Part shown: positions 1 to 11,190 of the stretch, piece by piece
Layout: every line of letters starts with the position of its first letter
Numbering within the stretch: the first letter of the stretch is position 1
Assembly: GCA_000165425.1 (NCBI GenBank)
Contig: CT868060.1
Span: 62,001-126,000, forward strand
Source of the DNA: Paramecium tetraurelia
Lineage: Eukaryota
DNA length: 64,000 nt
Direction: 5' to 3'
Position numbers and translations under genes: made by a program
Notes under the pieces: model-generated
The model's database searches: none
Told to the model about the DNA's origin: nothing
The model's input: only the letters and a program-made list of their open reading frames with translations

Positions 1-682
1 ATGTATCTCTTTTATATATGATAATATTGAAAACTATTATTTCAAAATTAATTACTATCGATAATAAATTGTAAAAGCATTAAGACTAACTATTTTTTAT
101 AGTATATTTTGATTTAGGAACTATTTTTATTTTAAATTGTGATTTAAATGATCTGTAATGATATAAAAATATCAACTCACATCTTCACGATCTAAATTTA
201 CTTCCTTCCTAATTAATGTTCTTTAAGCTACAAATAATCAAGTGATAAACATTTTTTCGTTAAGAAACTAAGAAAATCAAATAGACTATGTTTCCAAAGT
301 ACAATAAATTCTTATTTGAGAATTGTATATAAAGCTCTGTAAATTTGATTTGTCCATCTAATGTAAAAAAACAATCTAACAAGTTAATTTATTTTTGAGA
401 TTGGTGCTATTCATTTAAATTGAATTGGAAAGCATCAATAAATTCTTTTACAAAAGGAATTATTCCTTTCCATTAAAGAGAATTTTTGGATACCTTCAAC
501 CTATTCTTCTTTTATACTTATGTAAAGTTAAAAACATGATCTCATTAAAAACTTTCAATTCCACATAATAATATATAGAAAGCATAATGAGCTACTAACC
601 CTTAAGTAGGTAAAGAAAGGGAAAAATATGCTGGATTGTGCAAAATAATTAATAGAATAATAAATCAGCTATTTTTAAATAA

Positions 683-1634
683 TCAAATAGCAATTACTAC
701 AGTCTGTTTGCAAATAGGGCAGTTATTATGCTACAATAACCAACTTTTGATGCATTTAGAGTGGTAATAATGATTGCATCCCAGTTTTCGATATTTCTCA
801 CCTATTTCCATGTTGCATTGACAAACTGGGCAGACTCCTTAGATATTGTCACTTTGTTGAATAACTCTTTTACGAATTCTTCTGATATCTTCCCTTGCTA
901 TGCCATTTGACACATTTCTGATAATATTAAATTTAAGAATACCCGATCTAATCTTCCAACTATAGCAATTATTCATAACTCATGTTGTCTACATCAATGG
1001 CTTGAGTTTAATATTGACGTAGTCTTTATTATTGTTATAAAAGTGGCAGCACTTGGGCTGTCATTCTTAGTTAAAGAAGAAGTGCCCTCATTTCCAATAA
1101 TTATTGAAATGGATCATGTTAATGTTATTGGTGCTATGATTATATTTCCTAACATTTTTTTTTGTAATCTTTTTTCTTGCCTTTCAATTTAATAATTAGG
1201 TCCTTTTGGTGTTTTATTTCCTTATCCTTAACATCAATTTTCGAAATAAAATAATCAATTTCTTCTTCTCTTTTCTTCAGTTCTCTTTCTAGTTATTTAT
1301 TAAGCTATGAGAAGAATAAGAATTATAATACTTCACTCATATTTGAAATTTTTTTATCATATTCATAACACTTATCCTTCAATTGCTATCTTAGTTGTTC
1401 ATTTTCATTCAAAAGTTTTTTTTATTCATCTTTACTAAATATAGTTCAATTTATATCAATACGTAAGTAGATTTGAAGTATTTTCTAATTAAGCTTGTTA
1501 GACTGGGGACTATTGGGGAATCTTACTCACAGGTTTTTGTGGAACTGTAATGAAATATATATTTTACTTGTTTCAATCTTTTGTTTTTACATTACTGTAG
1601 ACCTACGAATAGTAAACTTCTTGGTTTATTACAT
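683..1634 (-). CDS. RING-H2 finger E3 ubiquitin ligase with N-terminal coiled coil
   Basis: Table-6 translation reads ...DVDNMSYEQLLQLEDQIGNVSNG...CPVCQCNMEIGEKYRKLGCNHYYHSKCIKSWLLQHNNCPICK..., a C3H2C3 RING preceded by the typical 'MSYEQLLQL' motif. There is a short intron near 920-945 and TGA at 685-683. The start at 1634 and the 5' exon structure are less certain. Confidence 0.85.
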
Positions 1635-2102
1635 TGATATATTAATTAATATTTTATTTATAATAATTTTTACATGCAATATATCGATTTATATTCATAT
1701 TTTAGATTACAAACGTTCACAAATAGAATGCAGATGCAAGGCGGAGAAACAAAATGAGAAAACTTTTAGAACATAAGCACAAATTCAAAGTTATTTATTG
1801 TGTGGAACATCACAACGAAGATGTGATAAGATAATATGTGCAATCGCATTGATTTCAAATCCTAAATTTATTTTCCAAATGAGACAAACCTTTGGTTTAT
1901 TTCATTAAAGGGATTGAATAATATCAGGTTCAATGAGATTTGAAGACTTAGAATAATAATTATTAGATTGACTGAAACCTAAAGAAAACGTTTAAAACCA
2001 CACCAATGTTATTGACTGACTTAATATTACTAAATTCTTCATCTATATGGATTAAGATTGATAAAATTTAATTGATTATTATTTTAATTATATATTTGGG
2101 AT

Positions 2103-3115
2103 TCATTATTAATTAGGGAGGATGGTTAGGATGACATCTGCGATTTTATTGAACTTTTCCAGTTGATACTTTCTCCTGATTGCGGTCATGTTGAAACTTT
2201 TTAAAAGTGAAATAACAGGTAGGAATTCTGATAAACATTGTCTTAATTCCTCTTAGTCTTCAATATAATGCAAGGATGAGGGAAGAACTTGTGGAGATCT
2301 TAGCATATTGATGGCAAGGAGTATGGAGGTGGTGGCTAGCAATGAGGAAGAAAACCTAAAGGGGTTGTGATTGTAATGGTTACTTTAAACATTTAATGTC
2401 TAGTAGGGACAATTCTAGGATCATGCGGGAGGCATAGTTGATTTTATCGCAAAGGTTGGCTCCTTGAATCTATCGTTCTAAGAATTTAAGTGGTGAGGTG
2501 TAAGTCAAGCTGAATTGGACAGTCAAAAGGATTTTGCTTTCCATTTCTAATTGTTGATAGGGTTGGAGAAATACCTAAGATTTCTTCTTTGGTGTAGGCG
2601 TTGTCACAGACATGCACGAAATCCTTCAATTCAGGTGCATAGATCTCTTCAAATTTAGAGGCTATGAATAAAGATGCAATCCCAACCAATTGTAGTTTAT
2701 TTCTCATGATTGTGTTTTTTGACAAATAGCGATCTATAAGGTTGATTGTTAAGTAAAGGGTTTCAGGTTGTAACTTAAATTTGAGATGTACATCCACTAG
2801 CCAATCTATTAGAATTGAACGCATTTGATTTGTGATATCCAATTATAAATTCATATAAAATGGAGTCTAACACATGAACTTATGTTGATTGACACATAGG
2901 TATTCAAATATATCAACTACGTATGGGTTCACAAATTCTGGAGGGATGATTTCCTCTTCCATTTTAAGAATGGGCTTTGAACATATGAATTGAGAAGCAG
3001 AACGAGTGGGGATTCGCTAAAAGTTCGTGAGTTCATTTCCAAACTATCGATTGCGAGTAGTCATAAAGTTATTATATGACACTCTCACATAATTGTTCTC
3101 GTTGTTCTGCTTCAT
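2103..3115 (-). CDS. Mitotic (A/B-type) cyclin
   Basis: Cyclin box MRSILIDWLVDVHLKFKLQPETLYLTINLIDRYL...LQLVGIASLFIASKFEEIYAP, with a D-box-like RQFGNELTN near the N-terminus. Short introns lie near 2550-2575 and 2355-2385, and TGA is at 2105-2103. Confidence 0.92.
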
Positions 3116-3175
3116 TAATATTTAAATTAACTGTTATAATTAAAAATTTTCATAATATTCCTTTTTCATATAATA

Positions 3176-4159
3176 TCATAAACTCAACTCCCCATTTTTA
3201 AAAAAGTATACTTAGACGAATGAAGCATTCTTCTCTTGCACAGTCTTGAAATTGTAGATCACAGCCTTATTCAATTATTCAGCATTAAATTAATGGCTGT
3301 TCAACCTGGCATAATTGACAAAGGCATCAATGTGATTGGCTGATACCTTGACAGCCAAATAACTATGAGGAGCTGAAATTTTCCATTCGAAGATATTCTT
3401 CTCTGGATGATATTAAACACCGAACACAGGATGTTGTTTTCCTTGCATGGAGGCAACAAAAGTTTAACCCTTATTATCCTAATTGGTTCCAGTGATTTTG
3501 AAGAATGCATCTAATGAGGGATACTTTTTATACAAGTCTGGACTCACCCCCCAATTGTGACTGTAATATAAATATTGGTTTGTCTATATTGCCTAATATG
3601 TGTCGTCATCGAAATCTTTATATAATGCAAAATTTCTATCTCCATTTTCTAATGAGTGGCTGATACCGTTCTCCCCATAAACTCTATAAAGGAAGGGAGT
3701 TTTGTATCCAGAGATAATGTAGTGCAATGTTTGGAATCCCATGCATATTCCAAAGACAGGAAATACTTCACCAGCTTCATTCACTTGGAGTGCTCTATTA
3801 ACCATATAAGCAACAGCCTTAGCAAATTTGGATGGACCAGTTGGAGTATCAAGGTCAGATGCACCTCCTGGGATGATGATACCATTAATGCCTAAAAAGT
3901 ATTTCTCTAAAATGGTGTTGTCAGCCTCATACGGAATGGGTACAACTCTTGCTCCAGCCATTTCGACAAATTTAACATAAGATGCAGCCAAATAAGAATA
4001 TTAACTAGAGGGGTAATCAACATAGTCTGGATCTGAGGGTTGAGTGAATATTCCAATAACAACATTATTGTTGATTTCTGTCAGATATTCAATATCATCG
4101 ACGAAACTCGATTAACTCAAAAACAAGATGCAGGATAGCAATAACAATATTCTTGGCAT
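3176..4159 (-). CDS. GGH: Gamma-glutamyl hydrolase (peptidase C26) with signal peptide
   Basis: Signal MPRILLLLSCILFLS, then VIGIFTQP, SYLAASYVKFVEMAGARVVPIPY, INGIIIPGG, catalytic FGICMGFQ and GVQYHPEK. The frame is continuous when TAA/TAG are read as Gln. Confidence 0.93.
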
Positions 4160-4344
4160 TGGTTATAATATATTTAATAATAAGTTGTAATTGTATTTGG
4201 CTATTAATCATCGGAATAATAGGGTAGAATTGAAAAGAGTAATATAGAATTTAGTATTAAAAAAAAATCTCTACTACTACTGATTTATTGATAAGATGTT
4301 TGGTGTGAAACTTTTAATATAAAAATTATAATTAATTAAGTAAG

Positions 4345-4706
4345 TCATTTATAAGCATCTGCATCCGGCTGAATTTACTTAAGTTAGATGCCTGACTATT
4401 ATAGTTTGATGAGGTGGTTCCCCCTTTGGGATGCGAATCTTTATGAGAGTTCATATAATTCTAATTTCTTTTGGTCCAGTTGAGATTTTAATTATCTTTG
4501 ATCTGACTCCAGCCTCTCTATCAAGGCATCTCTCTCTCTTATGATCAATTCGAAAGTGGCATCTGTTATTATATATTATTAACTGCTCTATTGTGTATCC
4601 TGCATTATTTTAGACTATGTCAAAAGGATTGCCTTACTTACGGTTTCTCTTAATTATCAATGTCTCTTTGTTTCGATGACCTCTTGATAGGTTATGACTT
4701 ATCCAT
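4345..4706 (-). CDS. Small hypothetical coiled-coil protein
   Basis: MDKSQPIKRSSKQRD..., one 23-nt GTAAGG..ATAG intron that removes a TGA, then ...FELIIRERDALIERLESDQRQLKSQLDQKKLELYELSQR... ending in TGA. Confidence 0.65.
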
Positions 4707-4737
4707 TTAATATATTAATAATTTTTATATATATTTA

Positions 4738-5193
4738 ATGTTCAATAACCAATACCCCAATCCCATGTTCAATAATCAGTATTTTGAATTGATTCGAGAC
4801 AATTAGCAATTTCAACCTTAAAAAGACTCTACCCACTCACTTTACGTTGACGGTAAGATCTTCAATAATAAGTACAATAGGAATTCCAAATGATGCGCAA
4901 GAACGAGAAGTGGCACGTATCAAACCTCAATATACATTAGATATTTTTCGTCCTTATCCAGGGTTCCAAAGAGTCCGTCTAATTAAAAAGTAAACACAAA
5001 AGGGAAGAGAATATTTGCTCTGCTTCGTAGATTTCGATGATGCCTTCCAAGCTACTATAGTTATGCAGACTCTTCAAGTTATTCATAAAGCATTAAAATA
5101 TCTTAGGGATACCGTTTTGATAAAAATGACAAGACAGGCCTCAAGATTTATTTCGCAAATAACCCAAAATAAGAGAAGCAAAACAAAAAATGA
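4738..5193 (+). CDS. Single-RRM RNA-binding protein (RBPMS/plant NSR-like)
   Basis: Spliced sequence SLYVDGIPNDAQEREVAHIFRPYPGFQRVRLIKK...LLCFVDFDDAFQATIVMQTLQGYRFD...LKIYFA contains RNP2 and RNP1. Introns at 4853-4880, 4917-4940 and 5078-5106. Confidence 0.88.
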
Positions 5194-7009
5194 CATACTA
5201 AAGTATATAATGAGTAATTTATTATCATACCATTAAACTCCTCTTCTATTTATATACGACCTACTTATTGGATTCAACAAATACCACAACTAACTTATTT
5301 TTACTCAATTCAAAGCAAAAATCAGATTCTTAATATTCTCACTCCTTTAAATGGGTATTCTACTAATTCTAAGGGACTTTGCTAGCTAGCGTTCTCTAAT
5401 TGAAGGTTTCAAATTATTTATTTTGTATTTATACTCACACATTTCTCAGTCAATATTTGATTTATTTGGACTTGAGAACAGCTGTATGATAGGTCTAGAT
5501 GATATTCAATTGTTATAATTAATATTTTATGTTGTAGTTAAATTTTTACTTTGAAATCAACTCATCCTAATCAACCCAAACTACAAATGTTTTAAATAGA
5601 TTGTTTTAATCATGATGACTGCCATATTAAATCAAAGTTCTTTAAAGAGGGAATACTTTGGTTTAGTTTTGGCAATGAATTTAAACATTAAAAAGAATTA
5701 ATTAAAATGATAAACCCAAATGTAATTAATAGATAATAGACCAGTCTTTAAATATTTCTTATGAGGTTTTGAAATTGATTTAGAACAATTTCACTATATA
5801 AATCTTCAAACCCTGTCTAGCAAGTAGATATTCATTATGATACTCTACTTTGTTTTATAACGGAAACATTTATGGGCAATAAAAAATTGATCCCTCGCTA
5901 TCAGTATAATTTATAGCAAATCATACTTAGAGATCCAAGTTAATAAATTATCTTATTTCTTGGTTCCAATTTCAAAACTTATCTACATAATTGATTGCTC
6001 CCTTTATCTTCTATATCTTTGTCCAACTATTAGTAATAATGTCTATTTCTTCTACAAACAATTTAACCATCCTCTTTAAATTCTTGGTTATAATTTAAAT
6101 CACACAAAGAATCTCAAAGTCTTTAAAAATGTTTTGGTTTATGCATAATACTAATACCTAGAGTTAAAAAAACATTTGAGATTTCCGAAAAAACCTTTTG
6201 AAGGGATTGTTATGAGATGAATAAAGTAATCTAATTGAATAAAGTAATCTAAATTGAATAAATTTTAAAAATCCCAGAAAATTAATAATAAGCTATCTTA
6301 CTTTCTTAATTATTAGAATCTGATAAGAGTCGAAAATAACATAACCTAGATATAAGGGAAATGATTCTAACATAAAATAAATAATGCAAGATTATAGAAA
6401 ATGCCATAATTTATTTATATTAAGTGTTACTTTAAACATATATATTAGAAGAGATGATATAAATTAAAATACATTATATAGAGATCCAATCAGTTTGTTC
6501 AAGCTTCATCAATTATATTGGTTAATTATTGTCCCATTCTTTGTTTTACCTACAAATATCATTGTAGTTATATTTCTTATTAAAAAGTCATCAATATTTT
6601 GAATTAGACTAATAGGAGGATTTTTATGTTTAAAATGACCACTACTAACTTAGATGCCCTTATAAGTTTATGAATTAGTTGAGCCTTTGTTTTTTTTGTT
6701 TTTTAAATTAAATTTAAACAAATTTCTTTTTTTTCTCAAATTCCTTTCCCAAATTTTATTGGTTTTTCTTCATTCAAATATTTCTCTTACTCAAAAATTA
6801 CCAAAACCTTCCGCTATGATACAACTTGTTTTTAGATTAATCTAATTTTTAATATTTTTACTCCAACAATCAGCAACTTTGATCTTCGGAATATGGAAAA
6901 TGAATTTGGATTATTAATTAAATCATGGAATTCAATTACGATAATTTCGGATCCAATTAAGAAAAAGGATTAAATCGCATTTCAATTAAATTGACATAAA
7001 TTAATACAA

Positions 7010-7219
7010 ATGAACTCATAATTACAGTTAAACAAACCATTCAAACCCTTAGGAGATATTGAGGATGTTCAAATCAGAGATTTCTCAGTGTAGTTTAAAT
7101 CACAGAATTCAGTGTGCAAATTCAAAAGAACTTAAAGAGTGGACTTTATATCAACATTTTACACTGGCAACGTACCATCGTCATCCAAAACACCTGTAAA
7201 AGGAATACTCAAATAATGA
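7010..7219 (+). CDS. 69-aa microprotein with RVxF and GILK motifs
   Basis: The intronless ATG..TGA frame reads MNSQLQLNKPFKPLGDIEDVQIRDFSVQFKSQNSVCKFKRTQRVDFISTFYTGNVPSSSKTPVKGILKQ and has higher GC than its flanks. Confidence 0.6.
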
Positions 7220-7462
7220 TGTTATTACTACCCTTATTACTTATATAAATTGAGATTTTGAAATGTTTGATGAATGCTTCTCAGTTTTCTCATTCGGATT
7301 TTCTTTTTTTCTTATAGAATATTTAAACCATTCTATAATTTAACATCGTATTTTAATCACAACTAAAACTTTCCACATTTAAAGTAAATATAGAAGGGAT
7401 TAAAATGATTGCATATTTATAATTAAATAACAATGATTGTGAACAAACGAATTTCAAAATTT

Positions 7463-7519
7463 GAATGTCTTTCATTGTTTAATGTTTATTCTTCATTGAT
7501 CAAACAATGAAAGACATTC
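7463..7519. repeat. Perfect 18-bp inverted repeat with 21-nt loop
   Basis: GAATGTCTTTCATTGTTT (7463-7480) is the exact reverse complement of AAACAATGAAAGACATTC (7502-7519). A short (GA)n run follows at about 7533-7546. Confidence 0.9.
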
Positions 7520-7691
7520 TTAATAGACAGAAAGAGAGAGAGAGAGGCGAGTGATAAATTCGAATAAATAATGACTGGCTTTGATATCCACAAAATGGCT
7601 AATCAGTCAAAAGGAGATCTGTTATTAAAATTTATGGTAAAAAAAATGTTTGTAAAGTACTAAATGATAATATAATTTAATAATAATTCTT

Positions 7692-8234
7692 ATGACTAAT
7701 TATATACCTGAGACAAAAACCTTCGGCAAATTTGATCCACTCTTCTAAAACAAATATGAGAAGGTTGGCCCTGAATTTGGATAATTACAATAATGTAATG
7801 CTATTGTTAGTTATGACAGAGAAATCTGACTATTTGGCTGCAAATGTTGGGAAATTTGAAGTACAACCAGAAATCCCTTCATTTATCGAAGGACTAGTCA
7901 GAAGAACAGCCACCACAAGTGAAAAAATATTAATTAAGCGTAGGTCGTACTCCTGCAACAATGGCATGGTTCAGAAGAACAACATCTTTTGAGAGGAATG
8001 GAATTTTCAACATTCACACTCCAGTTATGAATACAAGAATATTGCCATGGGTGTTTTTCATCTTTATTGCATATGGATGGTAAGGATACTAGATTTCCTC
8101 ATGGAATTCAGTTGTTAAGAAAGATTCCAATGAACCGTAATGCATTTATCAACTATTATAGACGTAATACACCATATGACAAACTTTCCTTAAGGGAATT
8201 ACCCCCTGCTAAGAATTGGGCTAGACCTGGATGA
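7692..8234 (+). CDS. Single-pass membrane protein, possibly a mitochondrial respiratory-complex accessory subunit
   Basis: Three ~25-nt introns restore a frame ending ...MAWFRRTTSFERNGIFNIHTPVMNTRILPWVFFIFIAYGWQGYQISSWNSVVKKDSNEPRNTPYDKLSQRELPPAKNWARPG*, with one hydrophobic helix. The function is inference only. Confidence 0.65.
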
Positions 8235-8259
8235 AATAAATAATATTCATAAAAAACCA

Positions 8260-8490
8260 TCACCAATATGTTCTGGCATATAAATAAAAATCATGGTAGC
8301 ATAGTCCCAAACCAATCACAAGTGCTCCACCCACACTATGAGAGAATGAATAAAATATTCTTCCTCCACTGAGACCTCCATGTATGATACCTCCAAATAA
8401 TCCAAGAAGAGCACCCCATCTGAATGTTACAGGCATTTTGTATTTCAATTTTCTCTCAATTCTTCTTCTTTCCTACTCTGAATTGTCCAT
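8260..8490 (-). CDS. 76-aa Gly-rich two-TM membrane protein (Romo1/Mgr2- or Tim17-like character)
   Basis: MDNSEQERRRIERKLKYKMPVTFRWGALLGLFGGIIHGGLSGGRIFYSFSHSVGGALVIGLGLCYHDFYLYARTYW* contains repeated GxxxG motifs. The family assignment is tentative. Confidence 0.65.
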
Positions 8491-9236
8491 AATTAATTTT
8501 ATAATATATATAATTATTTATAAATTCGGCAATTACTATATCATTAAAAGAATACCTATTCTATTATATACATTCAGATGATGAACCTAATTGGATAAGA
8601 ACCTTTAAATAATAGATGTTTCCATAGAATACTTATTATATAGATCAGTAGTCCACTTATCACATATCTGATAAATAGTCTATTTAAAAAGTGACTAGAA
8701 CATTGTTTTTAACACCCTTAATTTGATTAATCTACAAATCCTAATATATTAATACTAATGATCTTTCTTTAATAAAATTGACCAATATATCTTATATTAA
8801 AATATCTAGAGCAATAAATATATGATCTTAATCTCATGCTTAAAACGATATTTATACTTTTAAGTTTATAGATACATGAATTTAATCATATGAGACAGTA
8901 GTTTATGTAAAATGAATCTAAAATATTAATCCAAATAGGATACTAGGTATACAATATTAAGTGAAGCTTCTGTTTTTCGTATTCACCAATGATTAATACT
9001 GCTTACCTTACTATAATAATATTAAAGAAGCAATATGAATAAGAGAGTCTACACAAGATATATCTAAAAATAGTACATTTATCTTATTTGTATTTGAGAT
9101 TAATATTGCATTAAATAGTTAAGATTTAACAGCAGGTAAAACAGATTGCAGAGATTTCAAAAATCATAATGAACTATTTTTTGCAAGTTTTTAAGATCTA
9201 TTTTTAAATATATATATATTAATTTAACAATAATAC

Positions 9237-9764
9237 TCATTTTTTTTTTTATTCTGCTATTTTTTTTTCTTCCATATATTTCTAAACAAATTCCTTAATC
9301 ATTAATTCGTATTTAGGTAAGTCTTGTTCAAAAATTTTAGCTAATTCAGCATTTGTGGGGGACTTTGGATTAGGACGATAAAGGAAATCTTCCAAGGCTT
9401 TCAGTATTTCTACACAGGTTTTGGCTGGCGAATATCCTATTTTATCATTGAGAATGTCAATGCAAGTTTTGCCTGATGAATAAATGTTCATATGTAGAAA
9501 TCTGTTTTTGGAGTATAACTTCCAAGTGTAGGTTGGTGATACAGTAGGATAGTTTTAAGGGAATTCTAAAGTACCTGCGAATTCACCTCCTTACCATATG
9601 GTATTTTCTCTTCCGTAGATTACCACATCCCATTTGGTGTAGTTTGCTGAGTTGTTTTCATATTAGATGGCAACTGTAATGTTATCAATGACACCTTCAT
9701 CTATGGCGTTTTATACTTACTCGAATTCTTTTTCCAATCTCTTAATCATTTAATCGTTTATCAT
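9237..9764 (-). CDS. Ubiquitin/SUMO-conjugating enzyme E2 (divergent, Ubc9-like)
   Basis: KRLEKEF...KWDVVIYGRENTIWQGGEFAGTLEFPQNYPTVSP...FLHMNIYSSGKTCIDIL...PNPKSPTN matches the UBC fold with the catalytic Cys present. The gene is intronless. Confidence 0.88.
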
Positions 9765-11190
9765 TATTATTATATTAATAGAAAATCAATTAAATTTTGA
9801 TCATTTATAAGTAATGGAATTTCACGCGGAAATCTTACATCTGTGTTGATTTATTCTATTTCCCTCAAAGCTGTTTCAAGTGATTCGATGGACAGCTAAT
9901 GAACGATAGAATTATAATAATAAATTAATTTGAATTGGTTGGCTTCGTAGTAGGAAACATGAAATTGATTATGAAACTTCTTGTTTACTTATTGTAACTA
10001 TTTGATTATTTTGGTATGATGTTCATCATATTGCGGTATCAGAATGATGAGAGTATTTTCATTGTATTAAATGTAGGGTTGCGAGGGAGATTTGTTTTAC
10101 TCCTTTTTGATGAATGAGTATTTTTAGTGAAAATGTTTGGAGTCCATGGAGAGGAAGTCTTTATAGAAAGTGAATATGGTAGTGAGATTATGCAAATCTC
10201 CATTGTAGATGGCATTAGCATTTGAATCCAAGTTGAAGATTGTCAGTTTGATTTCTTGATCGAATTTCTCTATTCCCAACATCTACAATCGATCTTCATT
10301 CAAATTTCCATCAATCCAAGCGAATCTTAGAGAGGGTAATTAGAGTGCGATCTTTTGTATTTTGAGTAAGTAATTCTGATTATCCTAAATGGAATCCATC
10401 ACGATAAGTGCATGTCCTAGATAGTATTTTGAATTGTCAAACTTCAATTCATTGATTAATGGCACAATTGGTTGAGCCAACAAATCGTCAACAAATTAAT
10501 AATGATTTGGAAATCTGGATATTAAAATATGGGAATAAGTGTTAAACTTTGAATAGATGTTTTTAATTTCTGATTTTTACATTAAGAATCCAAATTTGAT
10601 TCTATAATTATAGAGCTTCTTACATTGTTGAGTAAAGTGTTTGATTTCATCATGGTATTCCACTTGATCATAGAATAATCCGATGATATAAATGTCATAT
10701 AATGATTGCTAATTATGCTAATTATTGATGGCAGACTCGATCTCTTGGAGAGAGTGAAATTGGGTGAATTGCAATCCATTCAAGTAGTAGTGGATGAAGG
10801 AGAGGAGGGTTTCATAGTGAAGCAGGTCGTTATAATGATAGATGACTCCAGATTTGGTTTCCAGAAAGATGGCTGGAAATCGTTTGATTTGGTATTGTTC
10901 TATGAAGGAGACATTATCTAAAAGTGGTAGAGAGATATACCTTCTAATTCAATTCTCAAGAAGTTTACTTGTTTGGGGAGGTCTTGCAGTAATTATTTGA
11001 AAATGACTTCATGAATGCAACAGGCTTTGCATGCTTTGTGAGTGGCGAGAAGGAGGGTCATCTAATACTTGGGGTTGTTGATGGGTTTGGAAACTGAAAA
11101 ATATGGTAATCCAGGGGAACAGTTGCTAATCCTGAGATGTTGATTTAATTCTTTAGTAAATATCAATGTGAAACAGATGAACAAAATCAT
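9761..11190 (-). CDS. Secreted thioredoxin-fold / PDI-like protein
   Basis: Signal peptide MILFICFTLIFT, CxxC motif HKACKACC, cis-Pro loop QYQIKRFPAIFL, and a later b'-like segment LRFAWIDG. One 23-nt intron near 10919-10941; the frame stays open to TGA at 9763-9761. Confidence 0.7.

Noticed and set aside
328..358. Shared 13-mer ACAGAGCTTTATA between the minus strand here and ~30476-30488
   Set aside because: The match is too short and AT-rich and does not extend, so it is plausibly chance.
1495..1776. 93-aa plus-strand ORF
   Set aside because: It overlaps the 5' end of the RING-H2 gene in antisense and crosses AT-rich intergenic DNA with a non-ATG start.
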